Part shown: positions 18,563 to 27,197 of the stretch, piece after piece
Numbering within the stretch: the first letter of the stretch is position 1
Layout of the letters: each line of letters starts with the position of its first letter
Assembly (NCBI GenBank): GCA_025359965.1
Contig: JANYDC010000015.1
Location: 8,885-72,884, forward strand
DNA length: 64,000 nt
Reading direction: 5' to 3'
From: Pedosphaera sp.
GTDB taxonomy: Bacteria > Verrucomicrobiota > Verrucomicrobiia > Limisphaerales > SXQI01
Made by a program: the position numbers and the translations under genes
The notes under the pieces: model-generated
What the model was told of the DNA's origin: nothing
The model's input: only the letters and a program-made list of their open reading frames with translations
Database searches by the model: none

Positions 18563-20212
18563 TTAACGGCTTTTGCGCGACATCCATGCGCGCACCGCCT
18601 GAGTCATGTTTTGAGGGTTCTCGCGGATGAGCTGGTTGAGGACATCGACCGTGACCACCCGGCTCTTGTCGTCGCCTTTTTCGTAGCCACCGTTTTCCGA
18701 ACGTGGGGCGCGCTTCAAAGCCTCCAAGCCTCCGATTTCCGCCCCGAAGTCAGCCATCTGCATCCCGGCGGGAAGGTCATCCATTTTTGTGCCTTTGAAC
18801 TGCTTCCACAAAATCAGCATGATGATCAGGGCGAGCCCTGGGTACATCACCAGGCGCAGGATGTCGAAAATCATGTTTTTCTTTTCCTGCTTTTGCATCT
18901 GTGAGGCGATTTCAAGCGCGGGCGCCTCGTTGAAGGGTATTTCCTCCACGACGACCAACTCCTTTTTGCCCCCGACCTCCTCAATCCCAAGAGCGCTTCG
19001 CACCAGTCGTCGAATTTTGTCCAGCTCATCAGTCGAGCGGGGGACGGCCTTGCGCTCGGCTCCGGAGCCCTCGTACCGAAGACGAAGAGACACTGACGCA
19101 GTCATGCGAGTCACCAAACCAGGCTCCTGCGCGAGTTTGCTCACGATTTTGTTGAACTCGTAATCGCTCTTGCTGTCTTTTTTGGTCGTTTTGTTCTTGG
19201 TGGCGGATGGGGAGTTTGTGTTTGCTTCGCCACTGGGAACTCCCGAGGTCAGGGATGTCGTGGTGTTGCCTTGAATGCCGCTTTGTGCGGTGGATTGGGA
19301 GCCTGTGAGAGATTCCGTGCTCTCATCACGAATTTCCGAGCGCCGAATCATTTGCACATCCGGGTCGTACTTGGTCTCCTCCCGGGTCAGAGTGTCAAAG
19401 TTCATCTCCGTGGAGACCTTGACCACAAATTCACTGCGGCTTTGGCTTTTTTCGAGAAGGTCCTCCACTTTCTTGGCGAAATACTGCTCGGCGCTGATTC
19501 GCGCCGTTAATTGTTTGGTGGTGGATCCCAGCAAAACGTCGCCACCCATTCCATCGGTCAGCTTGTGTGCCATGTTGTCCACAACCGCCACTGCATCCGG
19601 TTGAAGGCCTTCCACAGAGTTGGCCACCAGAAATTGAATTGCCGTCACGGCGGACTGGGGCAGCGCCGCGTTGCCGCGCACTCGCAGGAACACCGAGGCT
19701 GTTGGCTTCCGGGAATTGTCGGTGAGGATGCGGGACTCGGGTATGACCACCATGACACGGGTACTCTCGATGCCATCCACCTGGCTGATGGTTCTTTCCA
19801 ATTCACCCTGGATGGCCCGCATCCAGTTTTTTTGCTGCACGAAATCGGAGATGCCAAAATTTGATTTGTCGAACAACTCGTAACCCACGCCGCCTGTGGT
19901 GCGTGGGATGCCTTTTTCGGCCATCCTCATCCGCATCAAATAAACTTTATCGGTGGGCACATAGATGGAGCTGCCATTGAGTTTGTAGGCGACTTTATTG
20001 TCATCCAGAGCCGAGATGACCTTGGAGGATTCCGCATCGTCCAGTTTGCCGTAAAGCAGTGAGTAATCCGTGCGGCTGCTGAACCACATGGTGGCTGCCA
20101 AACCTGCCAGAACCGCCAGCCCTCCCAGAACTACGGAGACCTTCTGGTTCATTCCCAGCTGGCCCCACATCGTTTGGATTTGCTTTAGAGCTTTCAAAAA
20201 ATTGTTATTCAT
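18563..20212 (-). CDS. fliF: Flagellar MS-ring protein FliF
   Basis: N-terminal TM helix, then DYSLLYGKLDDAESSKVISALDDNKVAYKL...MRMRMAEKGIP (YscJ/FliF family). Second TM helix near the C-terminus. Confidence 0.95.
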   Translation of the reverse strand: MNNNFLKALKQIQTMWGQLGMNQKVSVVLGGLAVLAGLAATMWFSSRTDYSLLYGKLDDAESSKVISALDDNKVAYKLNGSSIYVPTDKVYLMRMRMAEKGIPRTTGGVGYELFDKSNFGISDFVQQKNWMRAIQGELERTISQVDGIESTRVMVVIPESRILTDNSRKPTASVFLRVRGNAALPQSAVTAIQFLVANSVEGLQPDAVAVVDNMAHKLTDGMGGDVLLGSTTKQLTARISAEQYFAKKVEDLLEKSQSRSEFVVKVSTEMNFDTLTREETKYDPDVQMIRRSEIRDESTESLTGSQSTAQSGIQGNTTTSLTSGVPSGEANTNSPSATKNKTTKKDSKSDYEFNKIVSKLAQEPGLVTRMTASVSLRLRYEGSGAERKAVPRSTDELDKIRRLVRSALGIEEVGGKKELVVVEEIPFNEAPALEIASQMQKQEKKNMIFDILRLVMYPGLALIIMLILWKQFKGTKMDDLPAGMQMADFGAEIGGLEALKRAPRSENGGYEKGDDKSRVVTVDVLNQLIRENPQNMTQAVRAWMSRKSR

Positions 20213-20230
20213 CTACCGCACTTGGAAATT

Positions 20231-20623
20231 TCACACCTGCATCCGCATCAGCTCTTGATAGGACTCCAGCAGCTTGTTCCGTACTTCAACCATGAGTTGG
20301 AACGAAATACTGGCTTCCTCATTGGCAATCATGGCTTGATGGAGCGGAACGGCTTGGCCTGCGTAAAGTCCATTGACCGCGTCGACCGCTGTAGCCTGTT
20401 TTTGGCTTGTGCCATTGACCAAATCGCCCAGCACCGAGGAAAATTGACTGTCTCCACCGCCTCCGACACGACTGATGGCCGGATTTTGATCCGAGCCGAT
20501 GCTGCGAGTGAGTTGTTCGAGGTCTGCGGCGGGAATTTTTCCGCCCGGCCCGAATTTATCCCTTAAATCAGTCAACTGGGCCGCCGCGCCCGAGGTGATT
20601 GAATTGATGGATAAAGGGATCAT
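20231..20623 (-). CDS. fliE: Flagellar hook-basal body protein FliE
   Basis: C-terminal LHQAMIANEEASISFQLMVEVRNKLLESYQELMRMQV is the FliE signature. Position is between flgC and fliF. Confidence 0.9.
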   Translation of the reverse strand: MIPLSINSITSGAAAQLTDLRDKFGPGGKIPAADLEQLTRSIGSDQNPAISRVGGGGDSQFSSVLGDLVNGTSQKQATAVDAVNGLYAGQAVPLHQAMIANEEASISFQLMVEVRNKLLESYQELMRMQV

Positions 20624-20647
20624 GGAGTGTTAGGGGTGGTTTGCTTA

Positions 20648-21076
20648 CTAGCGTTTCCCAATGCCCAGGGTTTGCTGTGCCATTGATTTGGCCGTCTTTA
20701 CCACAGCCAAGTTTGCCTCAAACGAACGGCTCGCAAGAATTAAGTCCGACATTTCGTTTGCGATGTTGATATCGGGCAATTGCACATTCCCGTTGGAGTC
20801 CGCATCCGGGTGGCTGGGCATGAAAACAGATTTGGAAGGGGTTTGATCGCGCTCGATTTTAGCGACGGGGCCTCCTTGGGCTGCCGCTCCCAGACTGCCG
20901 CCCTCAGCGTCCCGCATAAAATTCTCGAATACGACCTGCTGGCGCTGGTACGGCTTCCCATCCGGACCGTGCGTGACATGTGCATTCGCGATATTCTGCG
21001 CGACGACGTCCATTCGCACCCGTTCGGCCTTGAGCGCCGACGAAGTGGAGTTGATTCCCCCAAGTAAGTTGACCAT
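20648..21076 (-). CDS. flgC: Flagellar proximal rod protein FlgC
   Basis: ALKAERVRMDVVAQNIANAHVT and C-terminal NIANEMSDLILASRSFEANLAVVKTAKSMAQQTL. Confidence 0.95.
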   Translation of the reverse strand: MVNLLGGINSTSSALKAERVRMDVVAQNIANAHVTHGPDGKPYQRQQVVFENFMRDAEGGSLGAAAQGGPVAKIERDQTPSKSVFMPSHPDADSNGNVQLPDINIANEMSDLILASRSFEANLAVVKTAKSMAQQTLGIGKR

Positions 21077-21114
21077 ACGAAATTTTTTTGATGGGATCTT
21101 TCACACTGCGTTTA

Positions 21115-21498
21115 TCATGACGGGCGGCCGGTGATGGCGAGCCGCAGGCGCAACATTGCGCCGGTTAGGAGCTGTGTTTCAGTGGCGTGAGCCATGCTGT
21201 TTTCGCTCATTGCCAGCATTTCGTCCTCAAGTTCGACCGTGTTGCCATCGCGCTGGCTGGCCACTGCATTATCATCGACGGCAAGCGTGGGCTTTAGGGA
21301 TGCAACCGATTCTGCATCACCGTTTTGCACTGCGGCCTGCATTTGGGATTCGAAACCGGGGGCCAGATCAATCCGCTTGTAACCGGGGCGCGAGATGTTG
21401 GCGATGTTGCTGGAGATGGCTTCGGCACGAAGAGCCGTCGCGTCCAACATTTTTTTGGTCGCAACGTAATTGGATGAACTGAATAGTGCGTCAATCAT
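21115..21498 (-). CDS. flgB: Flagellar proximal rod protein FlgB
   Basis: ALRAEAISSNIANISRPGYKRIDL and C-terminal ...EMLAMSENSMAHATETQLL. First gene of the operon, preceded by GGAG. Confidence 0.93.
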   Translation of the reverse strand: MIDALFSSSNYVATKKMLDATALRAEAISSNIANISRPGYKRIDLAPGFESQMQAAVQNGDAESVASLKPTLAVDDNAVASQRDGNTVELEDEMLAMSENSMAHATETQLLTGAMLRLRLAITGRPS

Positions 21499-21732
21499 AC
21501 CTACTCCGGCTGATGTCTCCTAGCAGCGGTCATGCCATCCGCCGTTTGGGTTGATTGACAGGGCTTTACGTTAACGGCTCACTGGAGGGCGGCAAATTGT
21601 GCCATGTTTCACCCGGCAGGTTCGGCATCAATGTTGCCGGGTTGAGGTGTGCTTCGAAAGACACACTTGCCCACGCCGATTGATTGCGGCAAAATGGTTG
21701 AATTCAGATATTATCCCGAGAGTCTCTTACCT

Positions 21733-22542
21733 ATGCACTTTAACCATACGCCTCGTCAGGGCCATTCTTCCCGCCGAGGATTCACGCTGATCGAGCTGCT
21801 CGTTGTCATAGCGATCATCGCCATTTTGGCTGGCATGCTTTTGCCTGCGCGGTCGAAAGCCAAAAACCAAGCAGGTAAAGCGCGCTGCCTCAATGGCGAA
21901 AAGCAGATGGCACTGGCTTGGTACATGTATAAGGACGATAACGATGATAAACTTGCGCTGAACTGGCTGGGTTCTGACAAAGCATGGATCGCAGGTGACG
22001 TTACCGGTCTTCCCGGCCTCACCAATGTGGACAATATTAAAAAGGGAAGCCTGTGGAAGTACAACACATCCCTCGACATCTACCGTTGTCCCAGTGACAA
22101 GCCCGTGAAAATCGGCACTAAACTTTATACTCGAGTCCGCAGTTGGGCGATGAGCGGTCAAATGGGTGGAGCCGATCCCTCAGATGCCGCCAAGGGTGGT
22201 GTTGATACCAGCTGGGTGCAAGGACCTAAATATCCTCAGAATAAGAAATTCTCGGATATCACCCGCCCTCCTCCTTCTTTAGCCATGGTTTTTGTCCATG
22301 AGAGCCCGGTAACCATTGACGACGGGTATTTTGCGATCCCTGTCACTCAAAACATTTGGCAAAACATCCCAGCGAGTACGCATGGCAACGGTGGAACCTT
22401 AACGTTCGCCGATGGTCATGCCGAATACTGGGCGTGGAAAGAAAGCTCAACGGCGAAACTGAACGCGGCCAACCAACCAGCTCCTGGTGGCGCTGCTAAT
22501 AAGGATTTGAACAGATTCAAAGATGCCATTGCTTTAAGGTGA
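21733..22542 (+). CDS. Prepilin-type N-terminal cleavage/methylation protein with a C-terminal H-X9-DG motif (DUF1559-like)
   Basis: G|[23 protein letters not shown] prepilin signal. Near the C-terminus, [14 protein letters not shown] has H, then 9 residues, then DG. Start chosen at the ATG at 21733. Confidence 0.85.
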   Translation: MHFNHTPRQGHSSRRGFTLIELLVVIAIIAILAGMLLPARSKAKNQAGKARCLNGEKQMALAWYMYKDDNDDKLALNWLGSDKAWIAGDVTGLPGLTNVDNIKKGSLWKYNTSLDIYRCPSDKPVKIGTKLYTRVRSWAMSGQMGGADPSDAAKGGVDTSWVQGPKYPQNKKFSDITRPPPSLAMVFVHESPVTIDDGYFAIPVTQNIWQNIPASTHGNGGTLTFADGHAEYWAWKESSTAKLNAANQPAPGGAANKDLNRFKDAIALR

Positions 22543-22578
22543 AAAGAGGCGGCTGCAAAAAGCTGATCTTTTAAGGAG

Positions 22579-22875
22579 ATGACCCGTCATTGTCACGCTT
22601 GCGGCTGGGCTTGGGAGATTCCCGGGCTGCCTGGTCGGAGCGAAACCTGCCATCAATGTTCGGCCGACTTGCGAGTCTGCCTGAATTGCGCATCCTACGA
22701 CGCGCGTGTCGCCCACCAATGCCGCGACCGGCGGGCCGATCCGGAAATCAACAAGGCTGCCGCCAATTTCTGTGAGTTTTTCGACATGGTTAAACGCCAG
22801 TGGAAGGGCAAAGGCGGGGCTGATTCACGGGAGGAAAAAGCCCGGGCGGATCTAAAGAAGCTTTTCGGCGATTGA
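22579..22875 (+). CDS. Small cysteine-rich (putative zinc-ribbon) protein with a basic/acidic tail
   Basis: 98 aa with three CxxC pairs (C5/C8, C24/C27, C34/C37) plus C48 and C65. K/R/E-rich C-terminal tail. AAGGAG lies 6 nt upstream of the ATG. Confidence 0.6.
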   Translation: MTRHCHACGWAWEIPGLPGRSETCHQCSADLRVCLNCASYDARVAHQCRDRRADPEINKAAANFCEFFDMVKRQWKGKGGADSREEKARADLKKLFGD

Positions 22876-22906
22876 CAGCCATGACTCCGCCCGCGACGTT
22901 GTTCCC

Positions 22907-23545
22907 GTGATTCTTCGATTTTTAGGGCCTTTAGCCTTAGCCGCCATCATGGGCATGGTTTCCGGATGGGCTGATAGCCCCAAGGCTTCGACCGTGGTGG
23001 TTTTAGGCGACAGCATAGCGGCAGGCTTTGGAGTCGATCCGGATGAGGCCTTTCCGGCCGTTCTTCAACGCAACGTGGATAAAGGCGGCTATAACTACCG
23101 TGTTATCAACGCAGGTGTCAGTGGTGACACCACAGCCGGGGGCTTGAGCCGGATCAATTGGCTGCTCAAACAGAAAATCGATATTCTGCTCATTGAACTT
23201 GGAGGGAATGATGGGCTGCGAGGGTTGAATCCGGACAATACCCGCTCCAATTTATTGCAAATCATCGAACTTGTTCGTGCGCACAATCCGGGGACACGGA
23301 TTATTTTGGGAGGAATGCAGATGCCACCCAACATGGGGGCGGACTATACGCAGAAATTCGCCTTAGTTTTTCCTGAAGTCGCCCAACAAACTCAATCTTC
23401 CCTCATCCCTTTCATTCTTGAGGGCGTGGGTGGCAAAATTGAGCTTAACCAACCCGACCGCATTCATCCCAACCCTGAGGGGCATCGGATGGTTGCGGCG
23501 AATGTCTGGAAGGTCCTTGAACCCCTCCTAACTCGCCCCAAATAA
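22907..23545 (+). CDS. SGNH/GDSL arylesterase-lysophospholipase (TesA-like), secreted
   Basis: Signal-like N-terminus. Block I VVLGDSIAAG, block II GVSGDTT, block III ELGGNDGLRG, block V DRIHPNPEGH. Confidence 0.88.
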   Translation: MILRFLGPLALAAIMGMVSGWADSPKASTVVVLGDSIAAGFGVDPDEAFPAVLQRNVDKGGYNYRVINAGVSGDTTAGGLSRINWLLKQKIDILLIELGGNDGLRGLNPDNTRSNLLQIIELVRAHNPGTRIILGGMQMPPNMGADYTQKFALVFPEVAQQTQSSLIPFILEGVGGKIELNQPDRIHPNPEGHRMVAANVWKVLEPLLTRPK

Positions 23546-23583
23546 AAGGCTGGCTTACCCAGATCGGTCTAACTGCTAACTCA

Positions 23584-24792
23584 TCAGTTGGTCGCCGCCG
23601 CCGCTTTCTTTTCGTTGAATGCGACGAGGAATAAGAAAAACACCCCTGCCGCGCCAATCGCTGGGATGATCCAGATGTTGTACCATTGATGTCCGGTGGC
23701 TGGTGCGGCCAGTGTGTAAGCCTTTAAAACCTGTCCGGAAACCAAAGAACCAACAAACATTCCTGCGCCGTAGGTCAGGAAGGCGATCAATCCCTGGGCT
23801 GCACTGCGAATTTCATTGGGCGCCTTGCGATCCACGTAAATTTGGCCGGTGACAAAGAAGAAATCGTAGCAGATGCCGTGGAGTACAATACCCAGAATCA
23901 ACATCCACGCCAGTTCGCCACCGTTTCCGTAGGCGAAAAGAACATAGCGCGCGGTCCAAGCGGCCATACCCACCAGCAACATTTTTTTGACCCCCAACCG
24001 TTTGAAAAAGAAAGGCATGACCAGCATGAAGAATATCTCAGACATCTGCCCGTAGGTCATCTTGGCGGCTGCTTTTTCCACGCCCATTTCATTCAGGTAG
24101 AGGTTGGTGAAGTTATAATAGAAGGCCAGTGGGATGCAGACCAGAAACGATCCCAAGGCGAACATGGAAAACGAAAAATCCTTGAACATCCGTAGGGCCG
24201 GTAGTCCAATCACATCTCCAAAGGTCACCTTCTTACCCTTTTCTTTGGGAGGGGTATGGGGAAGTGTGAGGGAATAAGCAGCCATCACGAGGGATGCCAC
24301 AGCACCAATCTGCAAGGGAAGTACCGTGGCTTCGCGCCCGAGATACCCCACCAACAGGCCGGAAGCGATCCAACCAATTGTGCCCAACACTCGGATGCCG
24401 GGGAATTGGGTCCCTGCGTCAGTCATTTGGCTGAAAGCGATAGAATTGGTCAGTGCCATGGTGGGCATGTAACACAGGGCGTGAGCCAGCAATGCACCGA
24501 AGACCATCGGATACGATTGCTGCTGTGCAGCCAGGAAAAGCATCGCTCCGCCCATAAAGTGCAGCAGTGCCAGCACTTTCTCGGATGAAAAGAACCGGTC
24601 GGCGATCATGCCCACAAAAATGGGCGCGATCATGGCCGCGAAATTAATGGTGCTATAGGCGTTGCCGGTCTGGCCTCCGTCAAATTTAAGGCCGCTGGTG
24701 AGGTAAGTGCCAAGAGTAACGTACCATGACCCCCAAATGAAATATTGGAGGAACATCATCACCGAGAGTTGCGCGCGGACTTTGGTATTCAT
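23584..24792 (-). CDS. MFS transporter, nucleoside:H+ symporter (NHS)-like
   Basis: 12-TM protein. The N-terminus LSVMMFLQYFIWGSWYVTLGTYL is typical of NupG/XapB-like MFS_1_like proteins. Confidence 0.78.
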   Translation of the reverse strand: MNTKVRAQLSVMMFLQYFIWGSWYVTLGTYLTSGLKFDGGQTGNAYSTINFAAMIAPIFVGMIADRFFSSEKVLALLHFMGGAMLFLAAQQQSYPMVFGALLAHALCYMPTMALTNSIAFSQMTDAGTQFPGIRVLGTIGWIASGLLVGYLGREATVLPLQIGAVASLVMAAYSLTLPHTPPKEKGKKVTFGDVIGLPALRMFKDFSFSMFALGSFLVCIPLAFYYNFTNLYLNEMGVEKAAAKMTYGQMSEIFFMLVMPFFFKRLGVKKMLLVGMAAWTARYVLFAYGNGGELAWMLILGIVLHGICYDFFFVTGQIYVDRKAPNEIRSAAQGLIAFLTYGAGMFVGSLVSGQVLKAYTLAAPATGHQWYNIWIIPAIGAAGVFFLFLVAFNEKKAAAATN

Positions 24793-24959
24793 GGTGCAGT
24801 TTTTGTTCGGGGCTGAAATGGAGCTTATGTTTCGGACATCCTTCTTGGCAAGCCTGCCTTCCTTTAAAACTTTTTTCTGATCTTCTTGTGTCTACAGATG
24901 ATGGGAATGGAGGAGGTTTGTTTTTTGGCGGTGGACTATTTCGGCGACTCCGAGTAGCA

Positions 24960-26108
24960 ATGAATCAATCCATGCGAAACCATACCGCCCGCCTACTCAT
25001 CGCCGCTCTTCTTGCGACTGCGTTTCTCGCGTCGGCCCAGGAAACCAAACCGGCCACCAATGCCCCGCAACGTCGGGTGCAAGCGGCACCACTGGTCTCT
25101 CCGGAGTTGCTCCCTGACCACGGAGTCACCTTTCGTTTTAGGGCACCGAAGGCGTCCGAAGTGAAGGTCTCCGGACAGTTTGGTGCTGAAGCTGCACTTA
25201 CCAAGGGCGAGGAAGGCGTTTGGTCAGTGACGGTGCCGAATGTGCCTGCGGGCGTGCATGAATACCATTTTGTGGTGGATGGTTTGAACGTCATCGACCC
25301 GCAGAACTCGGCCTTGAAACCCCAACGCTGGCCCGGGTCGAGCATCCTGCATGTGCCTTCGAATCCGTCGGCAGCTTGGGACTTGCAGGACATCCCGCAC
25401 GGCGTGCTGCACGAACACGTCTATAAATCAAAGGCCTTGGGCACCTGGCGGCGAATCATCGTTTACACCCCGCCGGGTGCCGAAAAAGCCGGACGCGTGC
25501 CTGTGCTCTATCTTTCCCACGGCTACAGTGACAACGAGGCGTCCTGGACCGTGCATGGCAAAGCGCACTGGATTATGGACTCGCTCATCGCCAGCAAGAA
25601 GGCCGTGCCGATGATCATTGTGATGCCTGATGGTCACGCGCTGCCTCCCGGCGCGGCTGGATTCGGCGATTATGGCCCGGCTAATTCAAAGGCTCTTTGT
25701 GATGAGTTGGCGCAGGATGTAATCCCGCTGGTCGAAGCCAATTATAAAGTGATCTCGAAACCGCGCTCGCGGGCCTTTGCCGGGTTGTCGATGGGCGGAC
25801 ACCACGCCCTTACGGTGGCGTTGAACCATCACGATGAGTTTAGCTGGGTCGGAGCATTCAGCTCTGCGCCGCCCCCCACCAATACCGTCAGTGCCGGATT
25901 GAATGATTCAGCCTCGGTGAACCGTGATCTCAAGCTGTTCTGGATCGCCTGCGGAAAAAAGGATTTCCTCTTTCAGCGCAACAACGAGTTCGACGTGCTG
26001 CTAAAGGAAAAAGGCATCCATCACGAGTATGTGGAGACAGAAGGTGATCATTCGTGGCCGGTTTGGCGACGTTACCTTATCGAATTTACGCCGAAGCTGT
26101 TCCGTTAA
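24960..26108 (+). CDS. Secreted esterase (esterase D / enterochelin-esterase-like alpha/beta hydrolase) with an N-terminal CBM48/E-set domain
   Basis: Signal peptide ending ...FLASAQ. An Ig-like module (VTFRFRAPKASEVKVSG...GVHEYHFVVDGLNVIDP). Hydrolase core with the nucleophile elbow GLSMGGHHAL. ATG chosen at 24960. Confidence 0.8.
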   Translation: MNQSMRNHTARLLIAALLATAFLASAQETKPATNAPQRRVQAAPLVSPELLPDHGVTFRFRAPKASEVKVSGQFGAEAALTKGEEGVWSVTVPNVPAGVHEYHFVVDGLNVIDPQNSALKPQRWPGSSILHVPSNPSAAWDLQDIPHGVLHEHVYKSKALGTWRRIIVYTPPGAEKAGRVPVLYLSHGYSDNEASWTVHGKAHWIMDSLIASKKAVPMIIVMPDGHALPPGAAGFGDYGPANSKALCDELAQDVIPLVEANYKVISKPRSRAFAGLSMGGHHALTVALNHHDEFSWVGAFSSAPPPTNTVSAGLNDSASVNRDLKLFWIACGKKDFLFQRNNEFDVLLKEKGIHHEYVETEGDHSWPVWRRYLIEFTPKLFR

Positions 26109-26146
26109 ACTGGCTGGGATCTATCGTCGTTAATCGATCGTAATTC

Positions 26147-26180
26147 TCGCCACCACCAAGGCAGTGGTGCGACGAGTTTT
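26147..26180 (+). terminator. Possible terminator hairpin after the esterase gene
   Basis: TCGC(C)ACCAC / GTGGTGCGA stem with one bulge and a 7-nt loop. The TTTT tract starts 4 nt after the stem. Weaker than the other terminators. Confidence 0.4.
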
Positions 26181-26223
26181 GAGCCGGAGCATTTTCGGAT
26201 TTCATCCTATGGCCAGCACGGAC

Positions 26224-26252
26224 TTGCCCTTTGGAGTGAAATGTCCTATTAT
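26224..26252 (+). promoter_or_regulatory. Sigma-70-like promoter candidate upstream of olsB-like gene
   Basis: TTGCCC (26224-26229), a 17-nt spacer, then TATTAT (26247-26252). It would give a 5' UTR of about 160 nt. Consensus use in this phylum is assumed, not shown. Confidence 0.25.
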
Positions 26253-26420
26253 ATGTCCCACATTACGGACAATCCAAGCTGCGTGCAGTCGATCCATTTT
26301 CATTTTGTTGCCCAATCGCCAACTTTCCGTGACTTCAAATTCACAGTGAAAGTCTGGTGATTTGCCTTTGGATCTGCCAAAAATGCCTGCGGTTTAAAAA
26401 TTTCAAAACCCCTGCCAGTT

Positions 26421-27197
26421 ATGCAAACCGACCCGAACGGAGATAAGACAACGACACGAGTAGCGCCCCGCACCCATGTGCAGGCCGCCTACACCGTTTC
26501 GCTGGCGCAATCCCCAGCCGAAGTCCGCGCTGCCCAAAATTTGCGGTTCCTTGTCTTCAATGTTGAGATGAATGAAGGATTGGAGCAATCTTTCGCAACT
26601 TGTTTGGACGTAGACCCTTTTGACGATATTTGTGATCACTTGATCGTTAAAGAGATTCAAACGGGCGATGTGGTGGGTACTTATCGCCTCCAAACTGGAG
26701 CGGTTGCAGCCAAGAATCTTGGGTATTACAGCGCGGGGGAGTTCGATTTGGCTCCATTTGAAACAGTTCGCGACCGGGTGGTGGAGTTGGGGCGTGCTTG
26801 TGTCCATAAGCAACACCGCAATTTGGCCGTTTTGAGTCTCCTTTGGACAGGCATTGCCCAATATTTGCGCGAGCGCGGTTGTAATTTCCTGATTGGCTGC
26901 AGTTCGCTTTCCTCTCAGGACGCCACACAGGGTGCGGCTGTTTATTCTGAACTTTGCCGCCGCCATTTGGTTGAGGAACGTTTCCAGACCCGACCGGTTT
27001 CTGGCATGGAATGCCCCATGGATAAAATGGCTGATGTTCGCATCAAGGTTCCTAAACTGCTTGCCGCCTATCTCTCGCTGGGTGCCAAAATCTGTGGAGC
27101 GCCCGCGATTGACCGCGAATTCAAAACCATTGATTTTCTAACGTTTATGGATATGGCCAGCTTATCTCCGAGGGCCATTGAACGGTATCTTTCTTAA
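26421..27197 (+). CDS. olsB: GNAT-type N-acyltransferase, OlsB-like (lyso-aminolipid synthase; hemolysin-like family)
   Basis: Acetyltransf_5-like sequence: AQNLRFLVFNVEMNEG..., YRLQTG, YYSAGEFDL, ELGRACVHKQHRN. Immediately followed by a PlsC-type acyltransferase. Confidence 0.78.
   Translation: MQTDPNGDKTTTRVAPRTHVQAAYTVSLAQSPAEVRAAQNLRFLVFNVEMNEGLEQSFATCLDVDPFDDICDHLIVKEIQTGDVVGTYRLQTGAVAAKNLGYYSAGEFDLAPFETVRDRVVELGRACVHKQHRNLAVLSLLWTGIAQYLRERGCNFLIGCSSLSSQDATQGAAVYSELCRRHLVEERFQTRPVSGMECPMDKMADVRIKVPKLLAAYLSLGAKICGAPAIDREFKTIDFLTFMDMASLSPRAIERYLS

Noticed and set aside
21592-21605. A sigma-54-like sequence TGGCACAATTTGC on the minus strand, upstream of flgB.
   Set aside because: The GG and GC dinucleotides are separated by 8 nt instead of the required 10. 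The spacing is essentially invariant for RpoN promoters, so this is probably a chance match.
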